From: a bacterium
GTDB taxonomy: Bacteria > Eisenbacteria > RBG-16-71-46
Assembly: GCA_043779265.1 (NCBI GenBank)
Contig: JAYWEM010000062.1
Location: 1-11,273, forward strand
Direction: 5' to 3'
Length of the DNA stretch: 11,273 nt
Part shown: positions 1 through 6,160 of the stretch, piece by piece
Numbering within the stretch: the stretch's first letter is position 1
Layout of the letters: the number at the start of each line of letters is the position of its first letter
Notes under the pieces: generated by a model
Seen by the model: the letters and a program-made list of their open reading frames with translations, nothing else
The model's database searches: none
Told to the model about the DNA's origin: nothing
Made by a program: the position numbers and the translations under genes

Positions 1-2
1 GC

Positions 3-677
3 CGCGCGCGACTCGATCTCGGAGGATCCGTGAGCGCGGTGCTCGAACTTCTCGATCGCAAGTTGCGGGACAGCAGCGTGAAGCTCGAGACGAATCTCGC
101 GCCCGAACTGCCCCAGGTGAACGCCGATGCCGATCAAATGCAGCAGCTCATCTTGAATCTGGCGATGAACGGCATCGATGCGATGACCGAGGGCGGCCGG
201 CTGCGCGTGGATCTGGCTCGCGTCGAGTGGACGCCGCCGGGCGGCACAGCCGGGGCGATCGCCTGCGTGCGACTCGATGTCGCCGACACGGGGACGGGGA
301 TCGCACCCGAGGACTTGGACCGCGTGTTCGACCCGTTCTTCACGACCAAGGACGCCGGGCGTGGCACCGGCCTCGGATTACCCGTGGCGCACTCGATCGT
401 CGAGGAGCACGGCGGTTGGTTCGACGTGGAGTCGAAACGGGGCGAGGGGAGCCGATTCAGCGTCCTGATCCCCGTCGCACTCCGCGAGCGGCGCAAGCGG
501 GCCCCGAGCGCGTGGGATGATCTCCCGAGCCTGTTCGCCGCCGGCTTGAACAAGTCGGTGCTCGAGAAGCAGAAGAAGCAAGAGCAGGAGAAGAAGGACG
601 AAGAGCGTGTCTCGAAGCGAGCGCGCTCGACCGACCCCTCGGAGTCCCCCGAGGATGACCCCGGAGCGCGTGCGTGA
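3..677 (+). CDS. Two-component sensor histidine kinase, C-terminal HATPase_c domain (5'-truncated by window edge)
   Basis: Frame is open from position 3. N-box QQLILNLAMNGIDAM, G1 DVADTGTGI, F-box VFDPFFTTK, G2 GTGLGL. Stop TGA (675-677) overlaps the GTG start of the response regulator (GTGA). Confidence 0.95.
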   Translation, partial: RARLDLGGSVSAVLELLDRKLRDSSVKLETNLAPELPQVNADADQMQQLILNLAMNGIDAMTEGGRLRVDLARVEWTPPGGTAGAIACVRLDVADTGTGIAPEDLDRVFDPFFTTKDAGRGTGLGLPVAHSIVEEHGGWFDVESKRGEGSRFSVLIPVALRERRKRAPSAWDDLPSLFAAGLNKSVLEKQKKQEQEKKDEERVSKRARSTDPSESPEDDPGARA

Positions 678-2020
678 GTGACGAGAGGATCCTGGTGGTC
701 GAGGACGATGCGGACATGCGCCTCCTGCTCGAGGAGGAGTTGACCGCCGCGGGCTACGACGTGCTCGTGGCGGCCGATGGCAACGAGGCGCTCGCTCGGC
801 TGCAGCGCCACGCCGTCGATCTCGTGCTCACCGATCTCGCGATGCCGGGCATGCGCGGCGAGCGTCTGCTGCAGCAGGTGAGGGCGTGGGACGCGAACGT
901 GCCGGTGATCATCATGACTGCGTTCGGCAGCATCGAGTCGGCGGTCGAGGCGATGCGAGGCGGCGCGCGGCACTACGTGACCAAACCGTTCCGGCTCGAA
1001 GACATGCTCGGCACCATCCGCGCCGCGCTCGAGGAACGCCGGGTGAAGTGGTCGGCGAACGACGAGACGCGCTCCGAGGCGGAGGAGCCGACCGAGTTCG
1101 TGCTCGCGAGCGAGAGCATGCGGCGCGTGTACGAGCGAGTGGAGCGAGCGGCCGCCGTCGATACGCCGGTGCTGATCCGCGGCGAGAGTGGGACGGGCAA
1201 GGAGTGGTTGGCGCGCGCCGTCCACCGCGGGAGTCCTCGCTGCGACAAGGTGTTCCTTCCAGTCAACAGCTCGGCCATCCCCGACACGCTGCTCGAGAGC
1301 CTGCTGTTCGGACATCGCCGCGGAGCCTTCACCGATGCGCGTGAGGACCGCACGGGGCTGCTGCAACAGGCCGAGGGCGGCACGCTTTTCCTCGACGAGG
1401 TCGGCGACATGTCGATCGGGCTTCAGGCCAAGCTCCTGCGCGTGCTCCAGGAGCACGAGATGCAGCCGCTCGGCGCGCCGGCGCCCATTGCGGTCGATGT
1501 CCGCGTCGTGGCCGCGACCCATCGCGACCTGGTCGCGATGTGCGCCGATGGCCGCTTCCGGGAGGACCTCTACTACCGACTCGCCGTGATCCCCATCGAG
1601 GTGCCGCCACTGCGTGAGCGGCTCGAGGACATCCCGCCGCTGGTGCAGCACTTCCTCGCGCGCCACGGCCGTCGGCTGGGGCGCGAGCAGGTCGGCGTGA
1701 GCCACGAGGTGCTCGAGCTGATGCGGCGGCATACCTGGCCCGGCAACGTGCGCGAACTCGAGAACGTGGTGCAGCGCGCTCTCGTGCTCGGACGTGGCGA
1801 GGTCATCGGGCTCAAGGACCTGCCCGAGTCGATGTGGAGCGAGCGTCGTCCGGTCGTGCCCGACGAGGTGCGCTCTCTCTCGGAAGTCGAGCGCGAACAG
1901 GTCGAGCGTGCGATGCGCGCTTCGCGCCGCAACAAGTCCGCGGCGGCAAGATTGCTCGGACTCGACCGCAAGACGCTCTACCGCAAGCTCGAGCTGTACA
2001 GGATCCGCACCGAGTCCTGA
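674..2020 (+). CDS. Sigma54-dependent Fis-family response regulator (NtrC/AtoC/ZraR-like enhancer-binding protein)
   Basis: Receiver motifs ILVVEDD, LVLTDLAMPGM, MTAFG, TKPF. AAA+ Walker A GESGTGKE, loop ESLLFGHRRGAFTDA, Walker B TLFLDEVG, FREDLYYRL, WPGNVRELEN. C-terminal HTH NKSAAARLLGLDRKTLYRKL. Confidence 0.97.
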   Translation: MSDERILVVEDDADMRLLLEEELTAAGYDVLVAADGNEALARLQRHAVDLVLTDLAMPGMRGERLLQQVRAWDANVPVIIMTAFGSIESAVEAMRGGARHYVTKPFRLEDMLGTIRAALEERRVKWSANDETRSEAEEPTEFVLASESMRRVYERVERAAAVDTPVLIRGESGTGKEWLARAVHRGSPRCDKVFLPVNSSAIPDTLLESLLFGHRRGAFTDAREDRTGLLQQAEGGTLFLDEVGDMSIGLQAKLLRVLQEHEMQPLGAPAPIAVDVRVVAATHRDLVAMCADGRFREDLYYRLAVIPIEVPPLRERLEDIPPLVQHFLARHGRRLGREQVGVSHEVLELMRRHTWPGNVRELENVVQRALVLGRGEVIGLKDLPESMWSERRPVVPDEVRSLSEVEREQVERAMRASRRNKSAAARLLGLDRKTLYRKLELYRIRTES

Positions 2021-2042
2021 GTCGTCCCTTCGTGGGACACCT

Positions 2043-2059
2043 GTGGCGGAACGCCCCAC
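2043..2059. promoter_or_regulatory. Candidate upstream activator (enhancer) site for the sigma54 promoter
   Basis: Imperfect palindrome GTGGC-N7-CCCAC about 85-100 bp upstream of the -24 element, a typical enhancer distance. Not matched to a known operator. Confidence 0.35.
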
Positions 2060-2143
2060 CTCAACTCGGGGCGATTGGTCCGCGATCGTCTGCCGGACTG
2101 CCGCCGAATGCGCATTGGCGTGCACTTGAGCCGATCGAATGCG

Positions 2144-2158
2144 CGGCACGCCGCTTGC
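2144..2158 (+). promoter_or_regulatory. Sigma54 (RpoN) -24/-12 promoter
   Basis: CGGCACGCCGCTTGC matches YGGCACG-N4-TTGC, with GG (2145-2146) and GC (2157-2158) at canonical spacing. It lies 124 bp downstream of a sigma54 activator gene. Predicted TSS ~2170. Confidence 0.8.
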
Positions 2159-2251
2159 GATGAGTGTTCCGTGGTCCTCGTCGGTCGCCGCCTCTCAGGG
2201 GAGGGGGCACCCGAGGGAACGCGAAGCCCTCGCGCATCCGAGGCCCATCGA

Positions 2252-2290
2252 GTGCAAAGGGGCGCCCGCTCATGACGGGCGCCCCTGCAC
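2252..2290 (+). other. Strong GC-rich stem-loop (possible 3' end of a sigma54-driven sRNA, or a leader structure)
   Basis: GGGGCGCCCG (2259-2268) / CGGGCGCCCC (2276-2285) form a perfect 10-bp stem, extended by GTGCA/TGCAC with an AA bulge. No U-tract follows. Confidence 0.55.
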
Positions 2291-2328
2291 CGTCCCCATC
2301 GTGAAGGCTCTGTCCCGAGAGGATCCGG

Positions 2329-2586
2329 ATGAGCAACGAGGAACGGAATCCACCCCCGCCGCCACTGCCCACGCTGTCTTGGGCCGAGGTCCGCGAACCG
2401 GGCTGCTACCTGCACCAGGCGAGCGGCATGCTCACACGCCTCGGGCCGGATGAAGTCGCGGAGCGCGAATCCGGATCCGCATGGGCTTCGGATCAGCCGG
2501 TGATCCAGCTCTCCGCTCGTCCGTCCGAACCACTCGAGGAACTCAGACGCATCGCGGGCGCGCACGGTTTGCGCGTTCGCTTCTGA
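2329..2586 (+). CDS. Small hypothetical protein (85 aa)
   Basis: SD-like GAGAGGA 5 nt before the ATG. Fills the gap between the sigma54 leader and pal in the same orientation. Sequence looks globular (WAEVREPGCY...GMLTRL...LSARPSEPLEELRRIAGAHGLRVRF). Confidence 0.7.
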   Translation: MSNEERNPPPPPLPTLSWAEVREPGCYLHQASGMLTRLGPDEVAERESGSAWASDQPVIQLSARPSEPLEELRRIAGAHGLRVRF

Positions 2587-2634
2587 ATCCCGTTCGAATC
2601 GAACCCGAATCCCCGAACCCAGAATGAGGTCCCG

Positions 2635-3132
2635 ATGAAGCTTCGTCACTTGTCTGCTCTACTCCCGATCGTCCTGTTGCTCGCCACCGGTTGCGCCCGC
2701 AAGTCGGTTCAGGCGCCGCCTGCAGCGACCCCGGTTCGCACCGAGACGCCGACCACGCCGGCCACCACGCCCTCGACCCCGGCGCCGACCACAACCGATT
2801 CGTTCAGCTCGGCGAGCGCCTACTTCGGCTATGACTCCTCGGTGCTCGATGCGGCCGCGCGCGCGACGCTCGATCGCAGCGCCGAGTCACTCCGCCGCAT
2901 GCCGACCGCGCGCCTCGTCATCGAGGGGCACTGCGATGAGCGCGGCACGGTCGAGTACAACCAGGCCCTCGGCGAGCGCCGTGCCCTGGCAGCGCGAGCG
3001 TATCTCGAGGCGGCCGGTGTCGAGGCGTCGCGGATGCGCGTTGTGTCCTTCGGCAAGGAGCGCCCATTCGAGGCAGGTTCCAACGAGTCGGCGTGGTCGA
3101 AGAACCGCTGCGCCCATCTCGTCCAGGAGTGA
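2635..3132 (+). CDS. pal: Peptidoglycan-associated lipoprotein (Pal/OmpA-like domain)
   Basis: Lipoprotein signal with lipobox LATG-C, Thr/Pro-rich linker, and Pal motifs YFGYDSS, IEGHCDERGTVEYNQALGERRA, VSFGKERP, AWSKNR. SD-like GAGGT upstream. Confidence 0.92.
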   Translation: MKLRHLSALLPIVLLLATGCARKSVQAPPAATPVRTETPTTPATTPSTPAPTTTDSFSSASAYFGYDSSVLDAAARATLDRSAESLRRMPTARLVIEGHCDERGTVEYNQALGERRALAARAYLEAAGVEASRMRVVSFGKERPFEAGSNESAWSKNRCAHLVQE

Positions 3133-3135
3133 CGC

Positions 3136-3621
3136 TCAGCGTTCGGGTGCGCCGGGTTCGCCGAAGTACCCGCGCATCAGCTCGCTGAACCAGACCGGCT
3201 CGAGAACCGCACGCGGCGCGTCGAACACGCCCGCGTGCGGTTTGATGTCGAGCACCGGTGTTCCCTCGAGCGCATCGAGCCCACGCACGCGCAGACCACC
3301 CGGCTCGAGCCCGACGATCGCGACGGTGGTGATACCGATCGGATTGGGGCGCATGCGGCCGCGTTGCGCGAACACGCCGAGCCGCGGCAGATCGGTGCGG
3401 CCACGCGGATGCCTCCGCCAGTCCTCGGGCGGGGCTTCGCCGGTGGGATCGCGATCGAGCCAGGTGATCACGACGACGTGCGACCAGGCTTCGAGCCCCG
3501 CGAGTCCGCTTCGATAGGCGGGCTCGAGCACGATCTCGGACTCGAGCGAGCCCCAGTCCGCATCACGGGCATCGTCGCGACCACTGCGCACGTGGCCGAT
3601 CGGTTTCAGGTGAATCTCCAT
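3136..3621 (-). CDS. trmO: TsaA/TrmO-family (UPF0066) SAM-binding protein, putative tRNA m6t6A37 methyltransferase (161 aa)
   Basis: Family motifs LKPIGHV, GLAGLEAWSHVVVITWL, GVFAQRGRMRPNPIG, GLDALEGTPVLDIKP. Start placed at ATG 3621 (MEIHLKPIG) because the ORF-track extension to 3954 runs through the riboswitch and inverted repeat. Confidence 0.9.
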   Translation of the reverse strand: MEIHLKPIGHVRSGRDDARDADWGSLESEIVLEPAYRSGLAGLEAWSHVVVITWLDRDPTGEAPPEDWRRHPRGRTDLPRLGVFAQRGRMRPNPIGITTVAIVGLEPGGLRVRGLDALEGTPVLDIKPHAGVFDAPRAVLEPVWFSELMRGYFGEPGAPER

Positions 3622-3629
3622 GAAGGCGC

Positions 3630-3635
3630 AGTGTA
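3630..3635 (-). promoter_or_regulatory. Putative -10 element (TACACT) of a leaderless or near-leaderless trmO transcript
   Basis: Minus strand reads ...ctcTACACTgcgccttcATG, a TAnnnT hexamer 8 nt before the ATG with no SD sequence. Confidence 0.45.
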
Positions 3636-3804
3636 GAGCGGGCGGGTCGCTCGGGCACCTGCAGCGGGGTGGCCGAAGTGCGAAGGGCTTCTGGAGCAGG
3701 AAGGCGGAAGAAGCCCGGAGGGAGGAGCGGAGGTGACAGGAAGTCACCGCAGCGACGCTGAGGCCACCCCGCTGCAGGTGCCCGAGCGCGACCATCCACT
3801 CTGC
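3633..3804 (+). ncRNA. Candidate structured ncRNA/element: long closing stem around a GGA-rich multiloop
   Basis: Perfect 27-bp inverted repeat 3648-3674 / 3762-3788, extended imperfectly (with G-U pairs on the + strand) to ~3633/3804. Internal stems GGGCTTCT/AGAAGCCC and GGTGAC/GTCACC. Eight GGA motifs in 3693-3741. The structure is directly visible, but expression and strand are inferred. Confidence 0.55.
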
Positions 3805-3816
3805 GACCAAAGCGTC

Positions 3817-3845
3817 TTGACCGTGCGCGACCGCAGGTGCACTGT
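3817..3845 (+). promoter_or_regulatory. Putative sigma70-type promoter for the riboswitch-btuB operon
   Basis: TTGACC (3817-3822), 17-nt spacer, CACTGT (3840-3845, weak -10). Would start transcription ~3852, just before the riboswitch. Confidence 0.4.
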
Positions 3846-3860
3846 GCCGCTCGAACATCT

Positions 3861-4040
3861 CCCAGGTGCCCGCGCGTTGCGGGTGAAAAGGGAAGCGGGT
3901 GAGATCCCCGCACGGTCCCGCCACTGTGATGGAGTGGCGCGCCAAGAAGGTCACGGTCCCGGTAACGGGGTCGGAAGACCGGCGCGCTGCGAGCGAGGCA
4001 GTCGCCGCGCTCGACCTCCTCAGTCAGGAAACCTGCCCAG
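3861..4040 (+). promoter_or_regulatory. Cobalamin (AdoCbl, class I-like) riboswitch aptamer
   Basis: AGGTGCCC...GGGTGAAAAGGGAAGCGGGTGAGATCCCCGCACGGTCCCGCCACTGTGA core, peripheral GTCACGG...CGGAAGAC element (variant of GCCACUG...GGGAAGGC), and 3' B12-box AGTCAGGAAACCTGCC (4022-4037). Lies upstream of a TonB-dependent receptor. Confidence 0.95.
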
Positions 4041-4103
4041 GAGCCATCGTCGCCGCCGCCTCGGAAGAAGGCGTGCGCGGCTTCGGGCAGCCGTCTTCGC
4101 ACT

Positions 4104-4144
4104 CGGCCCCGTCTCCGCGTCACTCGACTTCGGAGACGGGGCCG
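4104..4144 (+). promoter_or_regulatory. Riboswitch expression-platform hairpin
   Basis: Perfect 14-bp stem CGGCCCCGTCTCCG (4104-4117) / CGGAGACGGGGCCG (4131-4144) between the aptamer and the SD AAGGA (4161-4165). No U-tract. Confidence 0.6.
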
Positions 4145-4169
4145 GATCGCATCCGGTGCGAAGGACGCC

Positions 4170-6146
4170 GTGATCGTCACGCTCTTGCTCGCTACCCAAC
4201 TCGCCGCGGACTCGCTGCCGCGCCCGGTCGTCACGTTGCCCGAGGTCCGGGTGACGCGGGAGCGCGTGCTCTCCGAGGCTCGCCGCCGCACGCCCACCGC
4301 GTTCGTCACCGACGTCGACGTGGCGGCTGGCCGCACCACGCTCACTTCGCTGCCCGAGCTGTTGCAGCAGGAGGCGAGCGTTCGCGTGGTGCAGTACGGC
4401 GGGCTCGGCGCCTTCAGCATGCTGTCGCTGCGAGGCGCACCGCCCGGACAGGTGAGCGTGTACCTGGATGGCCTGCCGCTCACGTCGGCGGCGCACGGCG
4501 TCGCGAATCTGTCCGATCTGCCCGCCACGCTGCTCGAACGGATCGAAGTGCACCGCGGGCTCTCGCCACTGGGCCTCGGCGTCGCCACCCCCGGCGGCGC
4601 GGTGAACCTGGTCACCGGCACGCGCGCGCGAGGCGCCACGCTCCGCGCCGCAGCGGGCTCGTTCGGCACGCGCGAGAGTTCGGGCGGATGGGCGGGCGCG
4701 CGTGGCGACTGGAGCGCGCTCGCCCATGCGGGCCATCAGGGTTCCGATGGCGACTTCCGCTATCACGACGACAACGGCACGCCGCAGAACACGCTCGACG
4801 ATGAGATCAGCACGCGCGTCAACGGCCGCTTCGATGCCGCGAGCGCTCTGGCGCGCGTGGCGTGGACTCCGCGTGTCGGTGCCTCCGTCTCGCTTCGGGC
4901 CGAGGCGTTCCATCGTGCTCAGGGCGTCCCGGGTGTGGGAGCCGTGCCCGCGTTGCACCCGAGGCTGTCGTTCGATCGGATGCAATGGGTCAGCGAGGCC
5001 AAGTGGGCGGCCTCGGATGCCGCGCCTTCGCTGACCGTGCGCGCCAGTGCGCAGCGCTCGAGGTCGCGATTCCGTGACCGCGAGGCCGAGTTGGGCTTCG
5101 GCGTCCAGGACACCGACGAGCGATTCCGAGACGACGGCGCCTCGATGGAGTGGGCGAGTCCCGCCACTTGGCCGCACGTCTCGGCCAGCGTCGGCAGCGC
5201 GCTGCGACGAGAGCGCGCCGAGCCCTCGTCGCCGAGTGAGGGTCTGCGCCTGCCGCCCCCGAGCACGCGCCAGTCGGAGGCCGTGTGGGCCTCCGTGCAA
5301 CTCCGGTTCGCCAGTGAGCGCGTCCTGATCCACGGGGCGCGTCGCTGGGACCGGCAGTTCGATGCCATCCGTTCCACCACCTCGAGCGGTGGCGCGCGCG
5401 CCTCCGACCGTCAACGCACGCTCGACACCCCGCAGGTCGGTGTGCGCGTGGCGCTGCCGCTCGAGTTGGAAGCGAGGGCCAACTGGGCCGAGGCGGCGCG
5501 TGCCCCAGGGTTCTTGGAGCTCTTCGGCAATCAGGGCCTGGTGAGCGGCAGTCCGACGCTGGCGCCCGAGCGAGGCGAGAGCTGGGATGCGGGCGGAGCC
5601 TGGCGTGGCGCTCGAGGCGCCTGGCGCGCGAGCGCCGAGTGGGCGCACTTCGAGAGCCTGGCGCGCGACCTGATCGTGTTCCAGCGCGTCGGCCCCACCG
5701 CGACGCGCGCCACCAACGTGGCGAGGGCTGCGCTCCGAGGCGAGGAACTCAGCGCACGCCTCGCGCATCCGAGGCTCGCGATCTCGGGCGCATCGAGTTG
5801 GCTCTCGGCGCTGCAGACCGAGGACCCCTCGCTCTATCGCGGCCGCCGTCTGCCGCAACGACCCTCCCGGCAGTCGAGCCTGCGCGCCGACGTGCCCGCT
5901 GGGCCGTTCTCGTTCTCGGCCGACGTGCTGCATCTCGGCGACGACTACCTCGATCCCATCAACTTCCGCCGCGTCCCCAGCCGCACGCTGATCGGCGCTT
6001 CGGTCTCGGCCCTTTGGCGTCAGCACCGCGTGGCGCTCGAGGGCCGCAATCTCGGCGATCGCCGCGCCGAGGACGTCGGCGGCTTCCCCTTGCCCGGCCG
6101 CACTCTCGCGATCTCGTTCGAGACGCGTTGGACGGTCCACCCATGA
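4170..6146 (+). CDS. TonB-dependent outer-membrane receptor, probable cobalamin transporter (BtuB-like)
   Basis: Short signal peptide, TonB-box-like TLPEVRVT, plug motifs SLRGAPPGQVSVYLDGLPL, LERIEVHRG and GGAVNLVT, and barrel C-terminus GRNLGD...GFPLPGRTLAISFETRW. The B12 substrate is inferred from the upstream riboswitch. Confidence 0.92.
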   Translation: MIVTLLLATQLAADSLPRPVVTLPEVRVTRERVLSEARRRTPTAFVTDVDVAAGRTTLTSLPELLQQEASVRVVQYGGLGAFSMLSLRGAPPGQVSVYLDGLPLTSAAHGVANLSDLPATLLERIEVHRGLSPLGLGVATPGGAVNLVTGTRARGATLRAAAGSFGTRESSGGWAGARGDWSALAHAGHQGSDGDFRYHDDNGTPQNTLDDEISTRVNGRFDAASALARVAWTPRVGASVSLRAEAFHRAQGVPGVGAVPALHPRLSFDRMQWVSEAKWAASDAAPSLTVRASAQRSRSRFRDREAELGFGVQDTDERFRDDGASMEWASPATWPHVSASVGSALRRERAEPSSPSEGLRLPPPSTRQSEAVWASVQLRFASERVLIHGARRWDRQFDAIRSTTSSGGARASDRQRTLDTPQVGVRVALPLELEARANWAEAARAPGFLELFGNQGLVSGSPTLAPERGESWDAGGAWRGARGAWRASAEWAHFESLARDLIVFQRVGPTATRATNVARAALRGEELSARLAHPRLAISGASSWLSALQTEDPSLYRGRRLPQRPSRQSSLRADVPAGPFSFSADVLHLGDDYLDPINFRRVPSRTLIGASVSALWRQHRVALEGRNLGDRRAEDVGGFPLPGRTLAISFETRWTVHP

Positions 6147-6160
6147 AGGAGCTTCACACC

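Noticed and set aside
1322..1339. GAFTDA instead of GAFTGA in the activator as a sign of inactivity
   Set aside because: GAFTDA is a frequent natural variant in this family, all other AAA+ motifs are intact, and a sigma54 promoter lies adjacent.
2116..2130. Second sigma54-like site TGGCGTGCACTTGAG
   Set aside because: No GC at the -12 position with correct spacing. The site at 2144-2158 fits far better.
134..2149. 671-aa minus-strand ORF
   Set aside because: Antisense shadow of the kinase/regulator genes, expected from high-GC codon bias. No recognisable motifs.
2586..2622. Short GAATCCC/GAACCC repeats upstream of pal
   Set aside because: Too short and irregular for a CRISPR or tandem repeat call. 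No spacers and no cas genes.
3648..3788. Inverted-repeat element as an IS/MITE, retron msr-msd, SRP RNA or 6S RNA
   Set aside because: No target-site duplication and no transposase or reverse transcriptase in the window. It lacks the SRP helix-8 CAGG...GGAAGGAAGCAG arrangement and the 6S stem-bubble-long stem layout. A MITE origin cannot be fully excluded without a genome-wide copy search.
3622..3954. N-terminal extension of the TrmO-like ORF to 272 aa
   Set aside because: Family similarity starts at MEIHLKPIG (3621). The extension crosses the inverted repeat and the riboswitch.
4020..6140. 706-aa minus-strand ORF
   Set aside because: Antisense shadow of the TonB-dependent receptor. Arg/Ala/Gly-rich with no domain signature.
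5639..6142. N-terminal extension of the propeller ORF (638-aa call), and similar extensions at 7572-7727 and 8075-8431
   Set aside because: They overlap real upstream genes or promoter/leader regions. Signal peptides begin at 6161, 7728 and 8432.
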